Part shown: positions 1-8,658 of the stretch, piece after piece
Layout of the letters: each line of letters begins with the position of its first letter
How positions within the stretch are numbered: the first letter of the stretch is position 1
Sequence record: PP496444.1
Length of the DNA: 64,000 nucleotides
Reading direction: 5' to 3' (one strand)
Notes under the pieces: model-generated
What the model saw: only the letters and a program-made list of their open reading frames with translations
Databases searched by the model: none
Told to the model about the DNA's origin: nothing
Translations under genes and position numbers: made by a program

Positions 1-20
1 TGGATCGTATTCATTTTCCT

Positions 21-245
21 ATGGACTTCTCCGCTATAGAGGAACGTGCAGCTCGGTCGATGTTCTTCGACTCATTCTCAGATTTCTCGGGTACGGATAC
101 TGGATCAGACAGGGATCAGTTCAAGCGTACACCTACTGCTCGCATCACACCGCATCCGTTGAAGGCTCTGGACTACATCCAGAAGGGTAGCGGAAGACTC
201 TCCAAAGGTATGAAACTCATGCTGAAAAAGCAAAGGGGTTGGTAA
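21..245 (+). CDS. hypothetical protein (74 aa)
   Basis: ORF whose TAA abuts the next ATG at 247; no recognisable motif. Confidence 0.5.
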   Translation: MDFSAIEERAARSMFFDSFSDFSGTDTGSDRDQFKRTPTARITPHPLKALDYIQKGSGRLSKGMKLMLKKQRGW

Positions 246-246
246 C

Positions 247-1269
247 ATGACAGATGCAACGTTGGATACGTACGGTGACGTGCTGGTGCAAGATGCGGCC
301 AAGATCATCACCGACTTCGTGGATAATGTAATCGCTCCGGTTACTCTGGCGTCGGATAAAGACTACCCGGCCAAGTTCAAAGTCCTAAAGACTAAGCTGG
401 CCCAGATGGCTGGCAGTGCCATGAGCCTCCCGATATCCGTTGTGGTGATGCGCAACCTTCCTTTTTACGTGTTGCTGAGTTCGCCGAAACAGGTAAGCCA
501 CATCATCACTCTGGCCAAAGCCATGATGCCCGAAGGTCTTCCACTGAAAGCACTCGGCGCCACATACCACGAGAACGTGGTCAACATACTGTCTCAAGTG
601 CTGGTCGAGCGCGGTGTGGGTGAGATGTTCCTCGGTAATAGACTGGCCGATCTGCCCAAGTCACCAGTGACGGAAGCCGAACGCAAGGAAGATCCATTCG
701 CCCCAGTAGATCACGATGACGACAACGTGCACGAACTGAGCAGAATGCTTTCTCCGCAAGGTGCTCCGTGGTACATCACCAACGACCAGATCAGGGCTGC
801 GCGTAAGGACGCAGGCGGGTCGATGGACGCTGCCATGGTGATGGTTAGCGAGCGCCACGCCAAACGCCACCTGGTCGAGCTAGTGAACGCTGCGCTGCTA
901 TTCAAGCTGCCGGTCACGCATCCCTATCCCATCTCGGAGTATTCAGCCGAGGATTGGTGGGTGAAAGAGATTGCGGGCATTGCATCTTCACTGGTGCCGC
1001 TGACCGCAGACCAGTACCGTGCTATCCACATCGCCCGGAACTTCGCCCGTCTGGTGTTCGACACAATCAAGGCACCGAGCGATGAAGAGTTGGTCTATCA
1101 GTTCCGCTCGCGCTGGGATACGGAAGATGAGTGGAGCGGTTGGACTAGCACCACTAAAGATGTATTCGATACACGCAAGGAGAGACATGCTCAAGAGCTT
1201 ACCCTAAAGCTGCATGAGTTCCGTGTCCTGCGCGTTATGCCGGAGGTGAGCAATGACATCCCCAACTGA
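247..1269 (+). CDS. hypothetical protein (340 aa)
   Basis: Long ORF with protein-like composition, first large gene of a tightly packed + strand run. Confidence 0.8.
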   Translation: MTDATLDTYGDVLVQDAAKIITDFVDNVIAPVTLASDKDYPAKFKVLKTKLAQMAGSAMSLPISVVVMRNLPFYVLLSSPKQVSHIITLAKAMMPEGLPLKALGATYHENVVNILSQVLVERGVGEMFLGNRLADLPKSPVTEAERKEDPFAPVDHDDDNVHELSRMLSPQGAPWYITNDQIRAARKDAGGSMDAAMVMVSERHAKRHLVELVNAALLFKLPVTHPYPISEYSAEDWWVKEIAGIASSLVPLTADQYRAIHIARNFARLVFDTIKAPSDEELVYQFRSRWDTEDEWSGWTSTTKDVFDTRKERHAQELTLKLHEFRVLRVMPEVSNDIPN

Positions 1270-1537
1270 ACAGGTGATACCGACCGTCGCGTCGGTGGAA
1301 GATATCGTGACCACCGGCGTCTACCGGGTTGACGACCTAATGGTGATGCAGATGAATTTCACACCTGAATTCACGTCTAGCGTTAAGTTCACACGGGAGA
1401 TCGTCAACCCGGAAACCAAGAAGATAGTATCCCAGCAGGTGGGGTTTGAAGACGGAAGCATCTTCAGTCGTACCCACGGGGAGGATGGGGACTGGACGTA
1501 TGGGCCGTGGGTGAAGGAGGTGTCAGATGTATCGTAG
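1253..1537 (+). CDS. hypothetical protein (94 aa)
   Basis: Start overlaps the end of the upstream gene, preceded by GGAGG. Confidence 0.65.
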   Translation: MTSPTEQVIPTVASVEDIVTTGVYRVDDLMVMQMNFTPEFTSSVKFTREIVNPETKKIVSQQVGFEDGSIFSRTHGEDGDWTYGPWVKEVSDVS

Positions 1538-1686
1538 CGCAGTGAAGTACAAGGATCACGGGTATCTTGCTCCGGGTAGCCGTGCGTTTGAACTCTACCA
1601 CGACAAATCCGACAAAGGCCACAAGTTGCTGGATCAGCACATGGCCGAGGTGGATGCCGCGTGGCGTAAACTGGAGGGGCGCAAGA

Positions 1687-1977
1687 ATGGAAAGTAACAT
1701 TGTCCCTCTCAAGTCGGTTGCCCTGAGAAAGGCAGTAAAAGAAATCCGGGGGAGTATCCCTGAGATAAATGAGAGATTGTATCGACTAGAACAGGATGTA
1801 CGATCTTTGTCGGTCCTTATCTGGGGTACATCACTAGAGCAACGGGACACTAACATCAATTCTGCTATCGGGAACATACGAGAGGCTCAATGGCGATTGG
1901 GACTGTTTCTAGAAAATGGATTCACACCTAGCGACTTCCCCGTACTCGACATCAAAGGTGACGACGATGAAAGCTAA
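1687..1977 (+). CDS. hypothetical protein (96 aa, coiled-coil-like)
   Basis: ORF track 1567..1977; start moved to ATG 1687 (MESNIVP) behind GGAGGGG. Confidence 0.65.
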   Translation: MESNIVPLKSVALRKAVKEIRGSIPEINERLYRLEQDVRSLSVLIWGTSLEQRDTNINSAIGNIREAQWRLGLFLENGFTPSDFPVLDIKGDDDES

Positions 1978-2419
1978 TCTAGCCAAGGTAAAGTCCATCA
2001 TGCTTACCCAGCTGGTTCTTGTGCTGATCATCTCCGGGTACTACATGTTCACGGTCGGCCAGCACCGAGATGAGAAAGTCATGCGGTATGCTCTGATGGT
2101 GGATACCAGTGCAGACTCCAGCTACCATAAGTCCAACTACTCGTACAACACGTCTGGGTACTACGTGGACGAAGAGACCAAACTGTACTTCCGCGACGAC
2201 ATCTCGGACAAGCTGTACCGGCAGTTCGAGGCTGGAGGGAACAAGCCTATTAGGATGAGCTGGCCCTACAGCATCGACAAGCGCGAGCAGACAAGCATCG
2301 GCTTCTTCTACATTATGGGCGGCGTAATGTTAGAGGCCATCGCAATCATCCTCCTGATCCACCTAGTTATGAAAGCGTGGGCCAGACATGTACGGGAGCA
2401 GAAACCTAATGTGGATTGA
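1967..2419 (+). CDS. hypothetical membrane protein, two hydrophobic segments
   Basis: ORF track 1916..2419; ATG 1967 overlaps the upstream gene end; hydrophobic runs MLTQLVLVLIISGYYMF and IMGGVMLEAIAIILLIHLVM. Confidence 0.7.
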   Translation: MKANLAKVKSIMLTQLVLVLIISGYYMFTVGQHRDEKVMRYALMVDTSADSSYHKSNYSYNTSGYYVDEETKLYFRDDISDKLYRQFEAGGNKPIRMSWPYSIDKREQTSIGFFYIMGGVMLEAIAIILLIHLVMKAWARHVREQKPNVD

Positions 2420-2807
2420 CTACGTCTGGGGTTACAAACTGTTCGGTGACCTGTACGAAACGGTGCGGGTCAAGTTCCAAAGTCCAGAGATGGATGAACT
2501 GGATAACGTCTTCGTCAAGGAAGCGGATGCGCAGAAGGCAGTGGAGGTGTTGAACCACAAGCCGGAACCCGAAGACACCCTGCTGCATACGTATGCCATG
2601 GGCCGACTGCTTATCGAGATGGTGCAGGGTGAACAGGCCGTGTACAGTATCTTGGCACCTTTGCAAGGGCAAGGGTCAGACTATGATGGGTCCGATGAAT
2701 CCTTTGAGAACAAACTACTGCTCCGAGCCAAGACGGCGTGCTTGATTCGCTTCGACCGACGTGTCACCAAGAACCCACGTAACCTTTCTCTGGCGGCGAT
2801 CCTATGA
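2409..2807 (+). CDS. hypothetical protein
   Basis: ORF track 2388..2807; ATG 2409 overlaps the upstream gene end; ATGA overlap with the next gene. Confidence 0.7.
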   Translation: MWIDYVWGYKLFGDLYETVRVKFQSPEMDELDNVFVKEADAQKAVEVLNHKPEPEDTLLHTYAMGRLLIEMVQGEQAVYSILAPLQGQGSDYDGSDESFENKLLLRAKTACLIRFDRRVTKNPRNLSLAAIL

Positions 2808-3400
2808 ATTCGTATGAGATAAAAGAAGTGCAGGTAGGTATTCATCATAACAATCCAACCTTTAAGTTGATGCGGCGGATACCTAGTCATACCCATCGTG
2901 GTCATATCATCTCGGATGAACAGTTCCGGGTTAAGATGGACACCGTTATGCTGATGGATCTGGCCCACATCACCGAAGCCGAAGTGAATGCAAAGGTGGA
3001 GGAAAGGTGGGTCAAGGACTTGAATTTTAGTCTTCCGGCTGGGGAGGGTGAATACCCTGATCTGAAACTAACGGATGAAGAGATAGCAGCCCACCGCCGC
3101 GCTGATCCAGAGTCGCGACGAGTGACGAAGTATGCCAACGAAGAGAATGGCAACTACAGCAACCAGTGCGCGCACTGTAGTTCTACCTTCATCGGTTACA
3201 AAGGTTTTGGTTCCTGTCAACTGTGCAGTGATCTTCTGTCGTTCCGCCGAGATCAGCGTGAGTTTGAATTCCATGCCAAGGAGAACTTGGGGTTAAGTAC
3301 CAAGAAGCTGGCATCAGGGGAATACCAATCATTCGGGGCTCAGATGGCGTGGGTTACCTGGCAGTACACGGGTGGATACAACAGAGGTGGAAACAAATGA
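2804..3400 (+). CDS. hypothetical protein with CxxC..CxxC zinc-ribbon motif
   Basis: QCAHCSSTFIGYKGFGSCQLC; ATGA coupling at both ends. Confidence 0.75.
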   Translation: MNSYEIKEVQVGIHHNNPTFKLMRRIPSHTHRGHIISDEQFRVKMDTVMLMDLAHITEAEVNAKVEERWVKDLNFSLPAGEGEYPDLKLTDEEIAAHRRADPESRRVTKYANEENGNYSNQCAHCSSTFIGYKGFGSCQLCSDLLSFRRDQREFEFHAKENLGLSTKKLASGEYQSFGAQMAWVTWQYTGGYNRGGNK

Positions 3401-3846
3401 GCGACGATAAAGATCAAGTAGTTGAAGACCGTGACTATCAACAGCCGGTCAACGTCGGCACCGTAGTTACTGACCCGCCAGAAGTTGGCACAGTAGACGG
3501 ACGTAAGATCGTCGTTGTCGGGTCTGGTAGTGGAGGATCTGTGTTCGGGTGTAGCCGCAGTGAAAGAATAAGTACGGCTCGGCGCAGCATAGGTCTGGCC
3601 GTTGCAGCAATGGCTCTTGCTGGTTCCATGGCTATGCCGTCAAACCGTGAAGTAGAACCTTCCCGTCGACGTAAGCCGGAACGTATGGTACCTCGGATAA
3701 TGCCCAAGCAGTGGTACATGGACAGCGGTGGTCACTACAAGAAGACCCCCGTGACCGAGGACGATCATGCAGCCGTCTCAGCCGCCGAAGCCAAACGCCA
3801 GCGGAAAGCTAAGAAGCTTGCTGCCACCCAACCAAAGGAGTCTTGA
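3397..3846 (+). CDS. hypothetical protein
   Basis: ORF track 3349..3846; ATG 3397 in ATGA overlap, SD GAGGTGG upstream. Confidence 0.7.
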   Translation: MSDDKDQVVEDRDYQQPVNVGTVVTDPPEVGTVDGRKIVVVGSGSGGSVFGCSRSERISTARRSIGLAVAAMALAGSMAMPSNREVEPSRRRKPERMVPRIMPKQWYMDSGGHYKKTPVTEDDHAAVSAAEAKRQRKAKKLAATQPKES

Positions 3847-4274
3847 TCATGGCACCACAAAAGAAAGCTAAGCCTGCACCCAAGGATGTACCCGGTCGAG
3901 ATGATGGGAAGTTCGTTACCCGGCTGGGCGCCCTCCGCGATCTGGTCGCTGCCCGTGCTAAGGAACAAGGCGTCAGCATGAACACCTGGTTGGTCAGCGC
4001 GGTGGCTCAAAGCCTCGGAGTGGAAAAGGATGAGGCAGGCAATCAGTTGCTCATCCCCCATCTTGGGCAGAGCCAGCCCCCGTTAGTACCGGGCATGATG
4101 GTGCGCAACAAGAATGCGCCCTATCAGGTGTTCCAAGTCAACACGTTCTCCATCAGCCGATCCGTTGAAGCGGCGAAGCAGGTGGATCAGCGCCAGTTCA
4201 TCAAGGTGTATGGCATTGATCTTAAAACGGGTAAGGGTGTCTCGGCATCGCTGAAAGACGTGACGGTGGTGTGA
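3843..4274 (+). CDS. ribbon-helix-helix (Arc/HicB C-terminal-like) DNA-binding protein
   Basis: GKFVTRLGALRDLVAARAKEQGVSMNTWLVSAV matches the RHH pattern GKFxLR..A..EGVSLN.WI. Confidence 0.65.
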   Translation: MIMAPQKKAKPAPKDVPGRDDGKFVTRLGALRDLVAARAKEQGVSMNTWLVSAVAQSLGVEKDEAGNQLLIPHLGQSQPPLVPGMMVRNKNAPYQVFQVNTFSISRSVEAAKQVDQRQFIKVYGIDLKTGKGVSASLKDVTVV

Positions 4275-4275
4275 C

Positions 4276-4557
4276 ATGGGCGCTCGGTCTGATGCAGCTC
4301 ATGCACAACTCAGCAGGGAGATGACGAGCGTTCTGAACCGCCGCCAGCGTCTTGATCGTACCGTGGACATCCTACTACGAGCTCTCGGGATGGACGATGA
4401 CGACGCGGACAAGATGTTGGACGACGTACAGGCGTGTGACTTCCGGTCGCTGGGCAAACTCCTGCAAGAGAAGTTCCCGGACAGCCCAGATATCGAGTGG
4501 TGCCTGAAAACGCATCAGGACTATGCCATGGTTCCAGTTGAGAGGAATAAACCATGA
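4276..4557 (+). CDS. hypothetical protein (93 aa)
   Basis: Packed between neighbours, ATGA overlap with the next gene. Confidence 0.7.
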   Translation: MGARSDAAHAQLSREMTSVLNRRQRLDRTVDILLRALGMDDDDADKMLDDVQACDFRSLGKLLQEKFPDSPDIEWCLKTHQDYAMVPVERNKP

Positions 4558-4862
4558 AGGACCTTCAGGAACACTTCGCAGAGAACTTTGAACGTACTGA
4601 TCTTACTGGCGCAATCCATTGGGCGCAGAAGTGGTACAAGGAAATGGAACAGGTGCTTCCGGGTGAGGATAAAGCTCAGTTCACCTGTAGATCAATGGCC
4701 GGTCATATTTCAGACTATCTGGAAGGATATACTGGAGCAGAGATAGAATCGTTTAATCAGGGTGCATGGCATGACAATGCTACCTACATGGACACGAAGT
4801 ATGGTTCGACGGTCTACAGCTTTATGTTTGGAGGCGATTACCCATCCGTTGAGAAGTCCTAA
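4554..4862 (+). CDS. hypothetical protein (102 aa)
   Basis: SD GAGG, ATGA overlap with the upstream gene. Confidence 0.7.
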   Translation: MKDLQEHFAENFERTDLTGAIHWAQKWYKEMEQVLPGEDKAQFTCRSMAGHISDYLEGYTGAEIESFNQGAWHDNATYMDTKYGSTVYSFMFGGDYPSVEKS

Positions 4863-4900
4863 TTACTGACTGATGATTCAACTCACTCAGGAAGATAGTT

Positions 4901-5581
4901 ATGACCATTGCACTCTCGAAGTTCGTTGTCACCACGCCGATGACCGCCAAGGTAGTTAAGGGTAAGAACATTGCCCTTACGGTCAAGGGTGACGAGGCAT
5001 GTTCCCGTTGCGCGGAGTTCATCTCGGTCAACGCTGACGAAGAACTGGACTTGTTCGCACCGACCCACGGCGCGGCCACCGAGTCGGTACACAGAACACG
5101 TACCGAACTGATGGAAGAAGACTACTGGGCTTTGGACTCTGCCGCTCACCACTGGCTGCGCATGGCGATGACCGTCAAGTGCGTCAACCAAGGCGGCCGT
5201 GTGGTAATTGCCCAGTGCCACGTGAAGAACAGCAACAACCCGATGATCAAGATCTTTTGGGACAAGGGTGCCATCAAGATCGGCTTCCGTCGAAAGGAAA
5301 GCGATGAGCCTGTCACCACCACCGTCCGCAAGGGCGTCAAGGAAGGTGATCGGTTGGCACTGGCACTTCACCTAACCAAAGCGGGCAGCGTCTCGTTGAA
5401 CGTATCGTCGAATGGCCAGAAGGATAACTTCACCGAGAAGCTGGACCCGTCGTGGCAAGACTTCACGTTGAACTTCCACGCCGGCCTGTACAACCAGCTG
5501 GACTACTCGGACAAGATCCCGACCACTGACTGCTCCCGTGCGACCATCCACACGCTGGGCGTAGACCACGACGCAGCCTAA
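4901..5581 (+). CDS. polysaccharide lyase family 7 (alginate lyase-like), no signal peptide
   Basis: The three PL7 motifs in order: RTELME (RxELRE), IAQCH (QIH), FHAGLYNQ (YFKAGxYxQ). Confidence 0.75.
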   Translation: MTIALSKFVVTTPMTAKVVKGKNIALTVKGDEACSRCAEFISVNADEELDLFAPTHGAATESVHRTRTELMEEDYWALDSAAHHWLRMAMTVKCVNQGGRVVIAQCHVKNSNNPMIKIFWDKGAIKIGFRRKESDEPVTTTVRKGVKEGDRLALALHLTKAGSVSLNVSSNGQKDNFTEKLDPSWQDFTLNFHAGLYNQLDYSDKIPTTDCSRATIHTLGVDHDAA

Positions 5582-5680
5582 GCCCCACCAGCCGCTGCAG
5601 GCTGAATGATCCACCCGTGACATGGGCCATCGGTCCGGTTATCCGGTAGCGTTCAGCCTGCGAGCGTATACGCGCCCACA

Positions 5681-5726
5681 AAAAAGCCCCACTCACTCGG
5701 CACTTGACCGGATGGTGGGGCTTTTT
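5681..5726. terminator. bidirectional intrinsic terminator between convergent genes
   Basis: AAAAAGCCCCAC (5681-92) / GTGGGGCTTTTT (5715-26) inverted repeat with A/T tracts on both sides. Confidence 0.85.
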
Positions 5727-5730
5727 CGTC

Positions 5731-8577
5731 TTACATGGTTACCAAGGTGATGAAGCGGTTCGACATTGCACGCGCAGTCAGAAGAGTTGTCAGCAATCCT
5801 GTATCTGCCCGGTACTTCAATACCACCTTGTACACTTTGCCCGGCGTCAGACCAGTCGCCACATACTCCCAAGAGCAAGTTGCGGCGGCAGCGGAGTAGC
5901 AGCTACGTGCATCATCTGCTGGCAACACCACCGTTGCGTCTTGACTCAGGACGAAGCTGACTCGCGTACCTGCAGCGCACTGTGCACCAAAGGTAATACG
6001 GATCAGTCCCGATGCCCCACACGTGATCTGCGAAGTCGGTCCCACGGTGGCTAGGTCAACGTACGTCGTGCTCAGTGTACCTTCAGCTGCGGGGATTGTG
6101 TTGTTGACCAGACCAGTGGTGTTCGGCGGCGTAGCGTACGTGCCGTCTGCTCGGAGGAACTTGCCAGTGTCAGCAATCTTCGGCGCCGGAACCAGACCAT
6201 GCTTGCCATCGGCAGTGACAGTAGATCCAACCATGTCGGCAAGCCCGGCCAGCACGTTCGCCATGAAGGTGGAACTGTCCTTGACCGCCATCAGGCTGCG
6301 CCCGTAATCCGTGGTCAGGAACGCCTTCACCGAACTTGCCAGTGCATCCCCCATGAGTACAGCATTCTCAGGAAGGGACAGCGCCGAGATGTTGCTGAGG
6401 ATCGTAGCTTTGGCTTGATACCCCGACAGGTCTGGTGGTGCCACAACGGGTTGACTGCCTTCCAGCTCCACCGTGGTCACCTTGATGGCGTTGTCCGGTA
6501 TTGCAGGCTCGGTGACCAGTCCATTGGTTTCCGTACCTTTGCGCAACTTGAACGTACCGGTCGTGTCCGCGTAGATCAAATCGATCCGTTGCTGACTGGT
6601 ACCTGCTGCGGCAATCGTGAACGTCACTGAGGTACCATTTATCGTGTACGTGGTTCCCTTGATCCGCCACTGGATCTGGTTGCCACTACGCACGGTCAGA
6701 GTGACGTTCAAGCCCACCTGCGTGACTTCCAGCGGAGTCAGCAACCCATCTGCCAATCCCGCTTTCAATGCCAGCTGCTGGGTGATCGAATCCAGTGCCT
6801 GCTGCACCGTCTTGGGAATCGGCTTGTCAGCGTCTGCCGTGTTGTCCACATGATCCAGTCCGATGTTCGCACGCACCTGAGCTTTCTGTGCGTCGGCCAG
6901 CGTCTGAACATTGTAGCGTACCAGTTCGGTGATGCCCAGATTAGCCCTTACCTGTGCACGCTGTTCAACCGTGAAGGTCTGCTCGGCATCATAGCGCAGG
7001 AAGTACCCGGTCAGCAGATCACGCAAGGAGGGACTGTCACCCAAGCCCAGTACCTTCAAACCGAAGTCGGTGTAAGGCACATTGACGTTGCTGCCGTCCA
7101 GCTTGAAACCTAGGAGTGTGGCCGGAGTGGTTCCCATCTTGGCGAGTGCATCCAGTACCAAACTCTTGGCTTGGAACCCGGACAGATCCGGTGGTGTCAC
7201 CATTGGCTGTGCACCTTCCACGAACACCGAGGTGATCCGAATGGTGTTGGCCGGGAGTGCAGGCTCTACTGCGGTGACGTTGGACTCCACGCCTTTGAGG
7301 ACGTGCACGGTGCCTGTGATGTCGCCGTACAACAGGTCGTAACGCTGCATACCCACGCCAGACGCATCCAGCACGAAGGATACCGAAGGTGTTGGTGACG
7401 TGTAGGTTACCCCGTCGATCCGCCATTGCAGGTTGCTGCCGGTGTCACTTGCCAGTCCGATCATCAGACCGTTGTTGCTGGTCGAGATGGGAGTGAGCAA
7501 ACCGTCCTGCAGATCAGCCTTTCCGTCCAGCAACGTCAAGATGTTGGACAGCTGGTGCATGACCGAGGTGGGGATGGGCTTGTCGATGTCGGCGGTATTA
7601 TCCACCTTGTCCAAGTTCAGGTCAGCCAGTGTCACCGCACCTGTCAGTCCATTGATCGACGCCACCATCAGGCTATCCTTGAGCCGGTCCCACGTGGTGC
7701 CGTTGGAGATGATCCAGTCACCGATCTGCCATTCCTTGTTGCCATCGATGTTGGTCGTGCCTGCCACCTTGACGATGTAATACAGGCCCTTGTTCGCCGT
7801 GCTTGCCGCTGGCATGCTCGGAAGGTTCTTGTCCGCATCCCACGTCCCGGCATATCGCAGGCTACCGAGGATGGATTCAGGAAGAAAGGACAGATCGATC
7901 TTCCGATTGTCGTCCAGTGGTACGATACCACCTGCCTGCCCCTTGAGCATAGAGTCCAGTTTGGAATCTAGCGCCATCTGCTGCGGAATGGAGATGGGTT
8001 TCTCCAGATCCGGGATGTTGCTCACGTGTTCCAGACCAACCGCTGCGGGTGTCAGCACGTCGAGCAGGCGGTCACCCCGGATGTACTGGCGATACGTACC
8101 CAGAGGGATCAGGGAACTGATATCCGGCGCAGTCACCTTACCCAAGTCAGCCAACGTTCCGTCTGTGTACATCACCATCAGGTTACCGGCACCGTTGATC
8201 ATCGACGAGGCAATGCCCCGGCCCGCAGACCCTTTCACCGTACCAGCCATCTCCTGATCACCGTTGGCATAGGTGATGAGCAAGCGCCCATCCGCCGTCA
8301 CCTGAGCTTTCTGTACCACCTTGCCCGTGGTATCGCTACTGGCGTCAGAGGTAAGCTGAGCCTGCGCAGAAGTGAATGATTCATAGCTGGTCATCAATGA
8401 CGGGCGGGAGCAGATCAGCAACTTGCGGTTGACCAGCTTCGACAACTCTTTCCAGTTGGTGTCTACGAAGGGCAGTGGCACATAGTACCAGTCGTCTACC
8501 CGCATGCGTTGTCCGTTAACCTGAACATCTTGTTTCACGTTCGGAAATTTCCGGAAGCCTACTAATACGTTATCCAT
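5731..8577 (-). CDS. modular virion fibre protein (head or tail fibre)
   Basis: Fibre motifs LDKVDNTADIDKP (x3 variants), QKAQVRANIG, GTWDA..GDWIISNGTTW, GLVPAP..KFLRADGTYATP; start moved from GTG 8586 to ATG 8577 behind AGGTG. Confidence 0.75.
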   Translation of the reverse strand: MDNVLVGFRKFPNVKQDVQVNGQRMRVDDWYYVPLPFVDTNWKELSKLVNRKLLICSRPSLMTSYESFTSAQAQLTSDASSDTTGKVVQKAQVTADGRLLITYANGDQEMAGTVKGSAGRGIASSMINGAGNLMVMYTDGTLADLGKVTAPDISSLIPLGTYRQYIRGDRLLDVLTPAAVGLEHVSNIPDLEKPISIPQQMALDSKLDSMLKGQAGGIVPLDDNRKIDLSFLPESILGSLRYAGTWDADKNLPSMPAASTANKGLYYIVKVAGTTNIDGNKEWQIGDWIISNGTTWDRLKDSLMVASINGLTGAVTLADLNLDKVDNTADIDKPIPTSVMHQLSNILTLLDGKADLQDGLLTPISTSNNGLMIGLASDTGSNLQWRIDGVTYTSPTPSVSFVLDASGVGMQRYDLLYGDITGTVHVLKGVESNVTAVEPALPANTIRITSVFVEGAQPMVTPPDLSGFQAKSLVLDALAKMGTTPATLLGFKLDGSNVNVPYTDFGLKVLGLGDSPSLRDLLTGYFLRYDAEQTFTVEQRAQVRANLGITELVRYNVQTLADAQKAQVRANIGLDHVDNTADADKPIPKTVQQALDSITQQLALKAGLADGLLTPLEVTQVGLNVTLTVRSGNQIQWRIKGTTYTINGTSVTFTIAAAGTSQQRIDLIYADTTGTFKLRKGTETNGLVTEPAIPDNAIKVTTVELEGSQPVVAPPDLSGYQAKATILSNISALSLPENAVLMGDALASSVKAFLTTDYGRSLMAVKDSSTFMANVLAGLADMVGSTVTADGKHGLVPAPKIADTGKFLRADGTYATPPNTTGLVNNTIPAAEGTLSTTYVDLATVGPTSQITCGASGLIRITFGAQCAAGTRVSFVLSQDATVVLPADDARSCYSAAAATCSWEYVATGLTPGKVYKVVLKYRADTGLLTTLLTARAMSNRFITLVTM
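6408..7615 (-). repeat. internal ~150-aa duplication in the fibre gene (about 7165-7615 and 6408-6860)
   Basis: LDKVDNTADIDKPIP..DGLLTP..QWRIDG..QRYDLLYGD.TGT..PPDLSGFQAK versus LDHVDNTADADKPIP..DGLLTP..QWRIKG..QRIDLIYADTTGT..PPDLSGYQAK. Confidence 0.9.
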
Positions 8578-8606
8578 TATACGCACCTATAACCGGACTA
8601 CAGAAT

Positions 8607-8638
8607 AAAAACGGGGAACCAGTTTAAGGGTTCCCCGT
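8607..8638 (-). terminator. intrinsic terminator after the SGNH fibre gene
   Basis: ACGGGGAACC / GGTTCCCCGT hairpin followed by a T run on the - strand. Confidence 0.75.
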
Positions 8639-8658
8639 GGGACTTAGATTTAGGTAGA

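Noticed and set aside
3843-4557. HicAB toxin-antitoxin pair
   Set aside because: Only the RHH motif is present; no HicA-like neighbour and no HicB RNase H-like domain
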